From NCBI GenBank assembly GCA_028866275.1, contig JAGWIK010000001.1, positions 139,306 through 203,305 of the forward strand: a DNA stretch of 64,000 nt, written 5' to 3'. The stretch comes from Alphaproteobacteria bacterium (GTDB taxonomy: Bacteria > Pseudomonadota > Alphaproteobacteria > UBA9219). The position numbers were made by a program, and so were the translations under genes. Positions 29,994-40,178 of this stretch are shown piece by piece. Numbering within the stretch: position 1 is the stretch's first letter; every line of letters starts with the position of its first letter. Under the pieces are notes generated by a model. The model was not told where the DNA came from and made no database searches. It saw only the letters and a list, made by a program, of their open reading frames with translations.

Positions 29994-32009
29994 ATGTCCC
30001 ACGCCGCGCTTGCCGCCCTTGCCGATGTTCCGGCTTCCGTCGATCCTTTGCATAAGGATATGGCCAGCGCCATTCGCGCGCTGGCGATGGATGCGGTCGA
30101 ACGCGCCAAGTCGGGCCATCCCGGCATGCCGATGGGCATGGCCGACGTCGCCACGGTGTTGTGGACCAAATTTTTGCGTTTCGACGCCGCCAATCCCGGC
30201 TGGCCCGACCGCGACCGTTTCATTTTGTCGGGCGGGCACGGGTCGATGCTGCTGTACGCGCTGGCGCATCTGGCCGGCTTTCAAAAAATGACGATGGAGG
30301 AAATCAAAAATTTCCGCCAACTGGGCAGCCACACTGCCGGCCATCCCGAACGCGATGTCGACCTCGGCATCGAAATGACGACAGGGCCTCTGGGGCAGGG
30401 CATCGCGCACGCCACGGGCTTTGCTCTGGCCGAACGCATGCTCAACGCGCGCTTTGGCGACGGGCTGGTCGATCATCGCACCTTTGTGATGTGCGGCGAC
30501 GGCGATTTGATGGAGGGCGTCAGCGCCGAAGCGGCGAGCCTCGCCGGTCACCTGAAACTCGGCCGCCTGATCGTTTATTATGACGACAATAATATTTCCA
30601 TCGACGGCGAAACGGCGCTGTCTTTCACCGAGGATGTGCAGGCGCGCTATCGCGCCTATGGCTGGCATGTGCAAAGCGTCAACGGGCATGACCCCGACGC
30701 CATCGAAGCGGCGACCAACGCCGCGCTGGCCGTCGCTGATAAACCGTCCTTGATCGCCTGCCGCACCGTGATTGGTTTCGGCGCGCCGAAAAAACAGGGC
30801 ACGCATGGTTGCCACGGGTCGCCTTTGGGCGCGGAAGAAATCGCGGCGGCGCGGGCGCAGCTTGGCTGGCCGCATGAACCGTTCGTGATTCCGGCCGATA
30901 TTTTGTCGGCGTGGCGCGCGGCGGGCGCGCGCGGGCAGGCTGACGTCGCGGCGTGGGCCAAACGCCATGCGGCGCATGCCGGCCGCGCGGCGTTCGACGC
31001 GGCGATGTCGGGCGACATTCCTGTGGCCGCCACGCAGGCTTTGGCCGCGCTGAAACAGAAAATCGCGGCCGAAAAACCGAAATTTGCCACGCGGCAATCA
31101 TCGGGCGCGGCGCTGGACGCGTTGATCCCCGTTTTTCCCGAACTGGCGGGCGGCAGCGCCGATCTGACGCCGTCGAACAACACCCATGTCAAAGGCATGG
31201 AAGACATCGCGCCCGGTTCCTATGGCGGGCGGTATATCCGTTACGGCGTGCGCGAACATGGCATGGCGGCGGCGATGGGCGGGCTGGCGCTGCATGGCGG
31301 CGTCATTCCTTACGGCGGCACGTTCATGCAATTCGCCGATTACGCGCGTCCGGCCATTCGTCTGGCGGCGTTGATGCATTTGCGCGTCATTTACATCATG
31401 ACGCATGACAGCATCGGCCTTGGCGAAGACGGGCCGACGCACCAACCGGTCGAACATCTGGCGGCCTTGCGCGCTATCCCCAATTTGCTGGTCATGCGTC
31501 CGTGCGACACCATTGAAACGGCGGAATGCTGGGCGGCGGCCTTGGCGAATAAGACACGGCCCAGTTTGATGGCCCTGTCGCGGCAGGGTCTGCCGACATT
31601 GCGCGGCGCGGATGCCGAAAACCGCGCGGCGCGCGGGGCCTATGTGCTGGCGGGCGGCGACGGCAAACGCGACGTCACCATTCTGGCCACGGGGTCGGAA
31701 GTGTCTCTGGCGATGGAGGCGCGCGCCAAGCTGGCCGAACAGGGCGTCGCGGCCGCGGTGGTGTCGATGCCGTGCTGGGAACTGTTCGAGGAACAAAGCG
31801 CGGATTACCGCGCGTCGGTTCTGGGCACCGCGCCGCGCGTGGCGGTCGAAGCCGGCATTCGTCAGGGCTGGGATTATTATCTGGGCGCAAACGGCGCGTT
31901 CGTCGGCATGGCGGGTTTCGGCGCGTCGGCTCCGGCGGAAAAACTTTACGCCCATTTCGGCATCACGGCGGATGCCGTTGCTGCAGCCGCGAAAAAGCTT
32001 TTGGGTTGA
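29994..32009 (+). CDS. tkt: Transketolase
   Basis: ThDP-binding motifs ([21 protein letters not shown]). Start trimmed to MSHAALAAL at 29994; the 777-aa ORF start is spurious. Confidence 0.92.
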   Translation: MSHAALAALADVPASVDPLHKDMASAIRALAMDAVERAKSGHPGMPMGMADVATVLWTKFLRFDAANPGWPDRDRFILSGGHGSMLLYALAHLAGFQKMTMEEIKNFRQLGSHTAGHPERDVDLGIEMTTGPLGQGIAHATGFALAERMLNARFGDGLVDHRTFVMCGDGDLMEGVSAEAASLAGHLKLGRLIVYYDDNNISIDGETALSFTEDVQARYRAYGWHVQSVNGHDPDAIEAATNAALAVADKPSLIACRTVIGFGAPKKQGTHGCHGSPLGAEEIAAARAQLGWPHEPFVIPADILSAWRAAGARGQADVAAWAKRHAAHAGRAAFDAAMSGDIPVAATQALAALKQKIAAEKPKFATRQSSGAALDALIPVFPELAGGSADLTPSNNTHVKGMEDIAPGSYGGRYIRYGVREHGMAAAMGGLALHGGVIPYGGTFMQFADYARPAIRLAALMHLRVIYIMTHDSIGLGEDGPTHQPVEHLAALRAIPNLLVMRPCDTIETAECWAAALANKTRPSLMALSRQGLPTLRGADAENRAARGAYVLAGGDGKRDVTILATGSEVSLAMEARAKLAEQGVAAAVVSMPCWELFEEQSADYRASVLGTAPRVAVEAGIRQGWDYYLGANGAFVGMAGFGASAPAEKLYAHFGITADAVAAAAKKLLG

Positions 32010-32064
32010 TATTATTGGGCAATCTTCCTAAGGTTCGGCATTCCGAATTTTAAGGGAGATTCCC

Positions 32065-33081
32065 ATGACCGCCTCCATCCGCGTTTCCATCAACGGTTTC
32101 GGCCGCATCGGCCGCCTTGTCCTGCGCGCCGCGTTCGAAGCTGGCCGCGACGATATCGAAATCGTCGCGATCAACGATCTTGCTTCGGCGGAAACCAATG
32201 CCCATTTGCTGAAATATGATTCCGTGCATGGCCGTTTCGACGGCGATGTCGCCGTCGACGGCAACGATCTGATTATCAACGGCAAGCGCGTCAAGGGTTT
32301 GCAGGTGTCCGATCCGGCCAAGCTGGGATGGGGCGATCACGGCATCGATGTGGCGATGGAATGTTCGGGCCGTTTCACCAAGCGCGACGATGCGTCGGCC
32401 CATTTGAAAGCCGGGGCGAAGAAAGTCCTGATTTCCGCGCCCGCCACCGATGAAGACATCACGGTGGTTTACGGCGTCAATCACGGCGAATTAAAGGCCG
32501 CGCACACCGTCGTGTCGAACGCGTCCTGCACCACCAATTGCCTTGCCCCCGTGGCGTTTGTGTTGAACAACGCGATTGGCATCGAACACGGCTTTATGAC
32601 CACCATCCATTCCTATACCGGCGATCAACGCACCGTCGACACGATGCACAGCGATTTGCATCGCGCCCGCGCCGCGGCGTTGAACATGATCCCGACCTCG
32701 ACAGGCGCCGCCAAGGCGGTGGGCAAAGTGTTGCCCGCGCTGAAGGGCAAGCTCGACGGCACATCGATCCGCGTGCCCACCCCCAACGTTTCCGTGGTCG
32801 ATTTCAAATTCACCACCAAACGCGCCACGACGGTTGATGAAATCAATGCCGCTATTTCCGCCGCCGCGTCGAACGGGCCGTTGAAGGGCATTCTGGGGAC
32901 CTATACCGAGCCTCTGGTATCGTCGGACTTCAACCACGATAAACGGTCGTCGATTTTCGCCTTGGGCGAAACCAAGGTTATTGACGGCACTTTCGTGCGC
33001 GTCATGAGCTGGTACGACAATGAATGGGGCTTTTCGAACCGCATGTCGGACACGGCCGCGGCGATGATGGCCGCGAAATAA
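32065..33081 (+). CDS. gap: Glyceraldehyde-3-phosphate dehydrogenase
   Basis: INGFGRIGR and SNASCTTNCLAP active-site motifs. 338 aa. Confidence 0.95.
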   Translation: MTASIRVSINGFGRIGRLVLRAAFEAGRDDIEIVAINDLASAETNAHLLKYDSVHGRFDGDVAVDGNDLIINGKRVKGLQVSDPAKLGWGDHGIDVAMECSGRFTKRDDASAHLKAGAKKVLISAPATDEDITVVYGVNHGELKAAHTVVSNASCTTNCLAPVAFVLNNAIGIEHGFMTTIHSYTGDQRTVDTMHSDLHRARAAALNMIPTSTGAAKAVGKVLPALKGKLDGTSIRVPTPNVSVVDFKFTTKRATTVDEINAAISAAASNGPLKGILGTYTEPLVSSDFNHDKRSSIFALGETKVIDGTFVRVMSWYDNEWGFSNRMSDTAAAMMAAK

Positions 33082-33096
33082 GGGGCTGTCTGGGTG

Positions 33097-33450
33097 TTAT
33101 CGGGTGCGTGTTTTTATGACGTCCCCTTCGACTTTCCATCCGGCTTCACCGTATATGTAGGGAATATACCATTGGTAGCTTGTCACGGTGACGTCCGTCA
33201 TGACGTCGCCGTCTGACTTCCTGAAAGCGTCGGTCAGAGCGTCGGAAAGATTAGGATTCGTTTTAGTGGGGATCAAAACAAAGATTTGGGATTTGTCCTC
33301 ACCCACAACGTCTTTTGTTTTGGTGGCTTTGCCCAAGTCAAATTTACTGACATTGACAATCTTGTTTGACATCACTGTGAATGTTCCCTGATTGGTCGTG
33401 CAGCCGGACAGGGCGAGGGCGATTAGCGGCAGAGCAATTTTTTTCATCAT
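33097..33450 (-). CDS. Small lipoprotein, paralog 1 (unknown function)
   Basis: MMKKIALPLIALALSGC lipobox. Start trimmed to ATG 33450. AT-rich. TAATG overlap with the upstream paralog. Confidence 0.65.
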   Translation of the reverse strand: MMKKIALPLIALALSGCTTNQGTFTVMSNKIVNVSKFDLGKATKTKDVVGEDKSQIFVLIPTKTNPNLSDALTDAFRKSDGDVMTDVTVTSYQWYIPYIYGEAGWKVEGDVIKTRTR

Positions 33451-33794
33451 TAGTTCCCCCTGGTCTTGACAACGGTGCCTTGGATTTCGATCGTCTGCTG
33501 ACCAACCAGGAACCACCAGGATTTTCTGTAAACCGAAGCATCGACCATTAAGTCGCCGTTTGTTTTTCTTAACGCGTCATCAAGCGCCCCTTTCAATGTG
33601 GGTTGGCCAAAGGGGATGAAAAGGAAGACAAACCGGGAGTCGTCGCCGACAACATTTTTAATTTGCGGCGCTTTGTCGAGATCAACCGTTTTCAAATCCA
33701 CATTTTTATTAGAGACGACCGACAAATCGGTTACATAGGTTGTGCAGCCGGAAAGGAAAAGTAAGGCCACAATTAAAGAGGGTATTTTATTCAT
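33450..33794 (-). CDS. Small lipoprotein, paralog 2 (unknown function)
   Basis: MNKIPSLIVALLFLSGC lipobox. Shares with paralog 1 the pattern V.SNK.V....DL.KA....VVG.D.....L.IP ... DAL..A.RK..GD.M.D and a C-terminal KTR. Confidence 0.65.
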   Translation of the reverse strand: MNKIPSLIVALLFLSGCTTYVTDLSVVSNKNVDLKTVDLDKAPQIKNVVGDDSRFVFLFIPFGQPTLKGALDDALRKTNGDLMVDASVYRKSWWFLVGQQTIEIQGTVVKTRGN

Positions 33795-33922
33795 GTTTCT
33801 TCCTTGTAAAAACCACAGGTTGAAATTTATCGGTTTTTCTTTGGATTACAAGGTGTTTTGTTATGGTGGGGGCTGTAAACAACCGGGGGTGCGCAAATGT
33901 TTAAACCAACAAGGTACAGGTT

Positions 33923-34897
33923 ATGGTGGTATTAGTCACCGGCGTCGCGGGCTTTATCGGCTTTCATGTCGCCAAGACTTTGCTGGCGCGCGGGGACGAG
34001 GTCATCGGCGTCGACAATCTGAACGATTATTACGATGTTGCGTTGAAACAGGCGCGGCTCGATCTGCTGACGCCGCACAAAAACTTCTTGTTCCGCAAAA
34101 CCAGCATTGCTGACAAAGATGCGATGTTGCCGTTGGCCCGAACGGGCATCACCCGTATCGTCCATCTGGCGGCGCAGGCGGGCGTGCGTTATTCGCTGCA
34201 AAACCCGTTCGCCTATGCGGAATCGAATCTGATGGGGCAGGTGGTGATGCAGGAACTGGCGCGCCATACGCCGAACCTTGCGCATTTCGTTTATGCCAGC
34301 TCGTCATCCGTTTACGGCGGCAACACCAAAATTCCGTTCGCGGTCGGCGATGCGGTGACGAAACCCGTGTCGTTGTATGCCGCGACCAAATGCGCCGACG
34401 AATTGATGGCCTATACTTACGCGCATCTGTACCGCATCCCGATGACGGGGCTGCGTTTCTTTACCGTCTATGGCCCGTGGGGACGGCCCGATATGGCGGC
34501 TTATATTTTCACGCGGCAGATATTGGCGGGCGAACCGATCAAGGTTTTCAACCACGGCAAGATGCGGCGCGATTTCACCTATATCGACGATATCGTCGCG
34601 GGCGTTCTGGCCGCTTTGGAAAAACCTCCCGTTGATAAAGGCGCGGAACCGCCGGTCGCGCTGTATAATCTCGGCAATTCACAGGCCGAGGATTTAACGC
34701 GCTTTATCGCCGTGCTGGAGAATGCGCTGGGCAAAAAAGCTATTATCGATTTACAGCCGATGCAGCCCGGCGACGTGCCCGAAACATTCGCCGATATCGC
34801 GGCCAGCGCGCGCGATTTGGGTTTCAAGCCCATGACGGGCATCGAACAGGGCATCGAAAAATTCGTGGCATGGTATCGGGGCTATCACGCCGGTTGA
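33923..34897 (+). CDS. NAD-dependent epimerase/dehydratase (UDP-glucuronate 4-epimerase-like SDR)
   Basis: VLVTGVAGFIGFHV Rossmann motif and YAATK catalytic motif. 324 aa. Confidence 0.85.
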   Translation: MVVLVTGVAGFIGFHVAKTLLARGDEVIGVDNLNDYYDVALKQARLDLLTPHKNFLFRKTSIADKDAMLPLARTGITRIVHLAAQAGVRYSLQNPFAYAESNLMGQVVMQELARHTPNLAHFVYASSSSVYGGNTKIPFAVGDAVTKPVSLYAATKCADELMAYTYAHLYRIPMTGLRFFTVYGPWGRPDMAAYIFTRQILAGEPIKVFNHGKMRRDFTYIDDIVAGVLAALEKPPVDKGAEPPVALYNLGNSQAEDLTRFIAVLENALGKKAIIDLQPMQPGDVPETFADIAASARDLGFKPMTGIEQGIEKFVAWYRGYHAG

Positions 34898-35268
34898 GGA
34901 AGGCGCGGTTGAGGAGGCTGGAGGCTCTGCGGCGATGGCACCAAGACGGCAGGAAGCCTTCTTATGAACATTGCAGCCCAATGCAACGGCATATCTCGCT
35001 GAAATCCGTACCCTTTTACATGTTCTCGTAAAACGACGCCATGCTGGGCTACGGCCATGAAAGAAACGCTGCCTATTGATTTGTCCAGGTCAACGATGCC
35101 TTCCCATTCTTTTTCGCTGCGCGTGTCGTCTTTGTAAACAGTCAAGAGATTGCCGGTTTCAACAAATTCGCTGCTGGTTCCGTTAGAGATCATCCAGCCA
35201 ACGCCTTCCATCCCCGTTTCGTAATACAGGCATAACCGGCCCGTGATTTCTTTCTTGGCTTCTTGCAT
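34885..35268 (-). CDS. Hypothetical small protein downstream of xthA
   Basis: 127-aa ORF starting 3 nt after the xthA stop. Lower GC than its neighbours. Its last 12 nt overlap the epimerase 3' end. The Pro/Gln-rich tail looks like read-through, so it is weakly supported. Confidence 0.3.
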   Translation of the reverse strand: MQEAKKEITGRLCLYYETGMEGVGWMISNGTSSEFVETGNLLTVYKDDTRSEKEWEGIVDLDKSIGSVSFMAVAQHGVVLREHVKGYGFQRDMPLHWAAMFIRRLPAVLVPSPQSLQPPQPRLPQPA

Positions 35269-35270
35269 GG

Positions 35271-36062
35271 CTATCCCACCTCCACAATCACCGGCACATG
35301 GTCGCTGGGTTTCGGTTCCCACCCGCGCGCGTCGCGCATGATGGCGGCGCGTTTCAGCGACGGCGCGAGGTCGGGCGTCACCCATATATGGTCGAGCCGA
35401 CGCCCGCGGTCGGAGGCGTCCCAATCCTGCGCGCGGTAACTCCACCATGAATATAATTTTTGGTCGGCGGGCGTGAAATGACGCACGGCGTCGTGCCAGC
35501 CGCCGGCTTTCTGCCACGCCGCGCATTTTTCGACCTCGACCGGCGTGTGCGACACCACGCCAAGCATTTGTTTGTGCGACCACACGTCGTTTTCCATCGG
35601 CGCGACGTTGAAATCGCCGACCAGAATGCGGGTTTTGCCGTCGCTCTTGCGTTTTTTCCACCACGCCGCGCATTCGTCCAGAAAACCCAGTTTATGCGCG
35701 AATTTCGGGTTGGCGACAGGGTCGGGAATATCGCCGCCCGCGGGCACGTAACAGCAATGGATTTCCGTGCCGTCGGGCAGGGATGCGAACGCATGGCGGC
35801 AATCCTCGCGGCCCTGCCAGTTTTTGTGGCCGGCACCGGACAAAGGCTGGCGCGACAGAATGGCGACGCCGTTATAACTTTTCATGCCGATGAAATGCTG
35901 GTGCCTGTACCCCTTGGCGGCCAGCGCCTCGCGCGGAAAGAACGCGTCCTGCGTTTTCGTTTCCTGCAAACAAATGACGTCGGGATTTTCTTCGTCGATC
36001 AACCGTTCAATAAGCCCGATGCGCAGCCGGACGGAGTTGATATTCCATGTCGCGATTTTCAT
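35271..36062 (-). CDS. xthA: Exodeoxyribonuclease III
   Basis: MKIATWNINSVRLR...VICLQETK, the ExoIII/AP endonuclease family signature. 263 aa. Confidence 0.92.
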   Translation of the reverse strand: MKIATWNINSVRLRIGLIERLIDEENPDVICLQETKTQDAFFPREALAAKGYRHQHFIGMKSYNGVAILSRQPLSGAGHKNWQGREDCRHAFASLPDGTEIHCCYVPAGGDIPDPVANPKFAHKLGFLDECAAWWKKRKSDGKTRILVGDFNVAPMENDVWSHKQMLGVVSHTPVEVEKCAAWQKAGGWHDAVRHFTPADQKLYSWWSYRAQDWDASDRGRRLDHIWVTPDLAPSLKRAAIMRDARGWEPKPSDHVPVIVEVG

Positions 36063-36071
36063 GAATGCCGG

Positions 36072-36713
36072 TTACGACGGATTATCGAAGGTCGGTGCGA
36101 CGAAAAAGAAATAATTGTCAGGGAAATTCGCGACTTTGGTCATATTGTCCAATGTCACGCCGGTCATGTGGCCTTCGGCGTCCACCACTTTCCATTGCCG
36201 CAATTCGATCGGGTTGTTGTCGAAAACCAATGTCAGGCTGCCCGCGGCGGGGTCTTTGGTTTGTTCCAGCGTGACGTCGATCAGGCCGGGCGGGGTCTGG
36301 AATTTGGTCACGGTGACGTCGCCGCTTAATTTGACGGGATCGCGCAGGATGAATTCGGCCAGGCTTGACCCTTCCTCGACATTGGTTTGCGCTTTCAGGT
36401 CGTTGTTCCAGATATGGACGAAATCGCCGTCGGCGATGACGAAATCCTTGTCCGGCGGGTCATAGGTCGCGCGCATCTTGCCGGGGCGCGAAATCGCCAT
36501 CTTGCCGTGCAGCATGCCGCCGGCATCGTCGACTTGCAGGAAATCGGCGGTGACGTTTTTGAGGCTGTTCAGATAGTTCTGGATCAGGACGATGTCGGCT
36601 TTTTGCGCCGGCGTCAGGGCGGCAGGCACGGCCGTGCCGGAATCGTCGGCGAAAGCGGGCGAAGCGGGTGCGGCCAAAACGGCCAGCAAGGCGATAAGGA
36701 TGCGTTTTTTCAT
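36072..36713 (-). CDS. lolA: Outer-membrane lipoprotein carrier protein LolA-like
   Basis: Signal peptide MKKRILIALLAVLAAPASPAFA, LolA-like length and pattern. Start trimmed to MKKRIL. Confidence 0.7.
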   Translation of the reverse strand: MKKRILIALLAVLAAPASPAFADDSGTAVPAALTPAQKADIVLIQNYLNSLKNVTADFLQVDDAGGMLHGKMAISRPGKMRATYDPPDKDFVIADGDFVHIWNNDLKAQTNVEEGSSLAEFILRDPVKLSGDVTVTKFQTPPGLIDVTLEQTKDPAAGSLTLVFDNNPIELRQWKVVDAEGHMTGVTLDNMTKVANFPDNYFFFVAPTFDNPS

Positions 36714-36763
36714 GTCCGGCAGAATGGGGGAAGAATGCGGCAAAAGAAAGGGGGAAATAACCC

Positions 36764-37918
36764 TTATTTTTTAATGCGCTCCGCCGGAAACAGCAACGTC
36801 ACCGTGGTGCCGTTGCCAAGCTCGCTGACCAGATCGAGCGTGCCGCCATGCAATTCAACCAATGCCTTGGTCAAGGGCAGGCCCAACCCCGTGCCCTGAT
36901 GCTTGCGGCTTAACGCGCTTTCGATCTGGCCGAACGGGGTCAGGGCCACGGCGATGTCGTCGGGCGCGATGCCGATGCCGCTGTCGATGACGCTGATTTT
37001 CATATGGCCCGCATCGTCGATCATCGCCGACAAGGTCACGCTGCCGCCTTCGGGCGTGAATTTGACGGCGTTGGTCAACAGATTGGTCAGGATCTGTTTC
37101 ATCGCTTTTTCTTCGCCGCGTAACGCGGGAAAATCGCGCGGAATGTGAATGTTCAGCCGCACCTTGCCTTCCTTGGCGCGGGCCGCGACCAGACGCACGA
37201 CCGATTGCACCACGGCGTCGATATTCAAGGTCGTGTCGTGAAGCTGGCGTTTGCCGGCTTCGATTTTCGACATGTCGAGAATATCGTTGATCAGCGACAG
37301 CAGCAATTGGCCGCTGTCGTAAATATCCTTGGCATATTCCGTATATTGCGGCTGGCCCATGGGGCCGAACATCTCGCCCTTCATGATTTCGGAAAAACCG
37401 ATAATGGCGTTCAAAGGCGTGCGCAATTCGTGGCTCATATTCGCCAGAAATTCCGACTTGCTGCGGTTGGCGAAATCGGCCTGTTCCTTGGCGCGGGCGG
37501 TCGCCAGTTCGGCGCGTTTGCGTTCGGTGATGTCGTACATCGCGCAATCGAACACGTCGTTGCCGTCCTGCTCCTGCGTGATGTGGCCGCTCAGGCTGAC
37601 CCAGATAACGCGCCCGTCCCGCGTGCGGATTTCGGCTTCGCGGGCGTGGCGGCCGCCGGCGCGGATATCGGCGATCCAGGCGTCGCGCTGGGTTTGATCG
37701 ACGAACAGTTGTCCTTGCGCGTCGGGCCGGGCCGCCAGCAAGGCATCGGGCGTCTCATAGCCCAGAATGGCGGCGGCGGCGGGGTTGGCGCTGGCCCAGA
37801 CATCATTCGCCGCGATACGGAAAATGCCGATATCGGTATTTTCGAAAATCGCGCTGTATTTGCGTTCGCAGGCCTGAAGCGCGGCGGCGAGCTGGTCGTA
37901 TGACGGCTGGTCTGACAT
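36764..37918 (-). CDS. PAS-domain sensor histidine kinase
   Basis: PAS region, H-box FLANMSHELRTPLNAI, and N/G1/G2 ATPase motifs. Start taken at ATG 37918 (MSDQPS). Confidence 0.85.
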   Translation of the reverse strand: MSDQPSYDQLAAALQACERKYSAIFENTDIGIFRIAANDVWASANPAAAAILGYETPDALLAARPDAQGQLFVDQTQRDAWIADIRAGGRHAREAEIRTRDGRVIWVSLSGHITQEQDGNDVFDCAMYDITERKRAELATARAKEQADFANRSKSEFLANMSHELRTPLNAIIGFSEIMKGEMFGPMGQPQYTEYAKDIYDSGQLLLSLINDILDMSKIEAGKRQLHDTTLNIDAVVQSVVRLVAARAKEGKVRLNIHIPRDFPALRGEEKAMKQILTNLLTNAVKFTPEGGSVTLSAMIDDAGHMKISVIDSGIGIAPDDIAVALTPFGQIESALSRKHQGTGLGLPLTKALVELHGGTLDLVSELGNGTTVTLLFPAERIKK

Positions 37919-37953
37919 GGGGTTACCATGCCTGCGCAACCCCTAAAAACCGG

Positions 37954-38721
37954 TTAAAGGGGTTGTTTCCACCCGTGCAGGTTGATGATCTCGATGGTCG
38001 CCGGAATATGACCGTTCGCGTCGCCGAAACGGTCGCGATACAGCCGCGCGGCCTCGAAAAACACCGCGCGGCGCGTGGCGGCGCGTGGGCGCTGGCTGTG
38101 GGCATTGGTCTGGCCTGTGCCGCGCAGGTCGCGCATCAGGGCGAACATGTCGGGATAAACGACGGTGACGGTTTCGATATCGGCGACGGGCAGGGCAAAG
38201 CCGCCGCGTTGCATCAGGATGCTGGCGGTCTGCAAATCCAGCGTCGGCGACAGGCGCGGGCTGATGCCGCCGGACACCGCGATTTCGGCCTCCATCAAAC
38301 AGGCGCGCAATTCGTGAAGCGTGTTTTCGCCGGGCAGCGCGGCGATGAACATCCCGTCGGGTTTCAGCACGGCGTGGATTTGCGCCAGAACGCCCGGCAG
38401 GTCGTCGACCCAATGCAGGGCCATGACGCTGGCGACAAGGTCGGCGCTCGCGGCGGCGAAGGGCAGGATTTCCGCGTCCTGCATCAACGCACCGGGCGCG
38501 TGGGTGACCCCGGCGATTTTCGCGCCGGTTTCAAGGCAGGCAAAGGGGCTGAGGTCGAGCGCGGACTCGAACCGTCGCGCGACATCGCCGACGCGTTCGG
38601 CGACAATTGCTGCCATGGCGCGGAACAAGGCATCATGTTGCGCGAACACAGGCGCGGCGCGCGCGATATGGCGGCGCAGCGCGGCGCGGTCGAACAAGGC
38701 GGGCGGTACGGGTGAAGGCAT
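37954..38721 (-). CDS. Class I SAM-dependent methyltransferase
   Basis: Methyltransferase-11-like motifs (DLVASVMALHWVDDLPGVLAQIHAVLKPDGMFI). 255 aa. Confidence 0.75.
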   Translation of the reverse strand: MPSPVPPALFDRAALRRHIARAAPVFAQHDALFRAMAAIVAERVGDVARRFESALDLSPFACLETGAKIAGVTHAPGALMQDAEILPFAAASADLVASVMALHWVDDLPGVLAQIHAVLKPDGMFIAALPGENTLHELRACLMEAEIAVSGGISPRLSPTLDLQTASILMQRGGFALPVADIETVTVVYPDMFALMRDLRGTGQTNAHSQRPRAATRRAVFFEAARLYRDRFGDANGHIPATIEIINLHGWKQPL

Positions 38722-38732
38722 GACAAAACCGG

Positions 38733-39173
38733 TTGAGGGAAGACAGTCTTATGCCATATTGGCCTGCCATGTCACGTTTCTCGATCTTCTTTGCGCCTTG
38801 GCGCTGCATGATCGCCTGTCTCGCTTTGTTCGCGATGCTGGTGCCGTCGGCGACGTTCCTGGTGCATCACCCCGCGGGCCGTCTGGCGGGCATGATGCCG
38901 AATTGCGGCATGTCCGGCATGGCGACTATGGCGGCGGATATGCAGGGCGGCCCTGCCAAGCCGTATAAAACGCCGCATAAAACAACGCCGCCATGCCCCA
39001 TCTGCCAAAGCCTGCATATCATGGCGGGCGGTTTTGTGCCGCCCGATTTGTCCGCGGCCGTCCTTGTCGCGCCGACAACCGGCATTGGCATCATCGCGTT
39101 GCCGCCGGCGGTCTTGATTGCCCGCCTGATCGCGCCGCAGGCACGGCCCCGCGCGCCGCCTTTCCGCGCCTGA
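38733..39173 (+). CDS. DUF2946-family Met-rich periplasmic/membrane protein (putative Cu(I) binding)
   Basis: N-terminal hydrophobic anchor, then a His/Met-rich stretch (HHPAGRLAGMMPNCGMSGMATMAADMQ), then PCPICQSLH. This matches the DUF2946 C-x-x-C-x-L-L signature. Confidence 0.6.
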   Translation: MREDSLMPYWPAMSRFSIFFAPWRCMIACLALFAMLVPSATFLVHHPAGRLAGMMPNCGMSGMATMAADMQGGPAKPYKTPHKTTPPCPICQSLHIMAGGFVPPDLSAAVLVAPTTGIGIIALPPAVLIARLIAPQARPRAPPFRA

Positions 39174-39246
39174 ATCCAAATATCGTTATGCAATCACGGG
39201 GCGCGGCCTTGCCGCTGCCTTTCATTTTCTTGCGAGGGGGAATCCC

Positions 39247-40164
39247 ATGTCCAAAAAACTTCTGTTCGTCACTTTGTCTTTATTGGTTTTCGCGCCGGCC
39301 GCCGCGCAGGCCTGCGCCTGCGGGTGCGGCATCTTTGATGTCGGCACCGGCACAATGATGCCGACATCGTCGGGCGGCACGGTGTGGCTGGAATATGATT
39401 ATATGGACCAGAACCGGAATTGGGCCGGCCAAGGCCCGTCGAACGCCGCCAATAATTCCGACAAGGAAATCACCACCCATTTCATCACGGCGGGCGGGCA
39501 ATATATGTTCAACCGTTCGTGGGGGGCCGAAATTGAAATTCCCTACGACCTTCGCACCTTCGATACCACCGGTGACGATGGCGGTCCGGCGCAATTCACG
39601 CATAGCGCGTTGGGCGATATTCGGGTCAAGGGCATTTATTCGGGTTTTTCCGACGATATGTCGACGGGCGTGACCTATGGGTTGAAACTGCCGACCGGTG
39701 ATTATTCCTATTCGGGGTTCGACCGCGATACGGGGATCGGCACGGGCAGCACCGACTGGTTGTTGGGCGGCTATCATATGGGGTTGCTCAGCAGCGCGGC
39801 GCATCTTGACTGGTTCGTCAACGGTCAATGGGACCACGCCTTTACGGTCAGCAGCCATTACCGGCCCGGCGACGAATGGGACGCCGCGCTGGGGTCATAT
39901 TACGAGGCCGGCGCGATGCTGGGCGCCGACAGGCTGGCGCCCCTGCTGCAATTGCTGGGGTCGTACCGGCTGCATGATGTCGGCTTCAACGCCGATCCGG
40001 CCGATTCCGGTTATCGCCGCTTGCTGATCTCGCCCGGTGTGGAATATGATGTGCATAACGTCAAACTTTACGCCGATATCGAATTGCCGGTGTTTCAGGA
40101 TGTCAATGGCAACCAATTGACGGCCTCGGCCTTGGGTAAATTCATCGTCGGTTACAGCTTCTAG
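39247..40164 (+). CDS. Outer-membrane beta-barrel protein with N-terminal CACGCG motif (MetA-pathway/transporter-like OMP family)
   Basis: Signal peptide ends AAAQA. The mature N-terminus is CACGCGIFDVG. Alternating amphipathic strands; C-terminal ...GYSF aromatic terminus. Confidence 0.7.
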   Translation: MSKKLLFVTLSLLVFAPAAAQACACGCGIFDVGTGTMMPTSSGGTVWLEYDYMDQNRNWAGQGPSNAANNSDKEITTHFITAGGQYMFNRSWGAEIEIPYDLRTFDTTGDDGGPAQFTHSALGDIRVKGIYSGFSDDMSTGVTYGLKLPTGDYSYSGFDRDTGIGTGSTDWLLGGYHMGLLSSAAHLDWFVNGQWDHAFTVSSHYRPGDEWDAALGSYYEAGAMLGADRLAPLLQLLGSYRLHDVGFNADPADSGYRRLLISPGVEYDVHNVKLYADIELPVFQDVNGNQLTASALGKFIVGYSF

Positions 40165-40178
40165 GAAAAGAGGACAAG

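Noticed and set aside
29676-32009. 777-aa ORF as the full transketolase
   Set aside because: The N-terminal 106 residues are low-complexity Arg/Gly-rich and overlap the upstream hypothetical gene. Conserved transketolase sequence begins at MSHAALAAL (29994).
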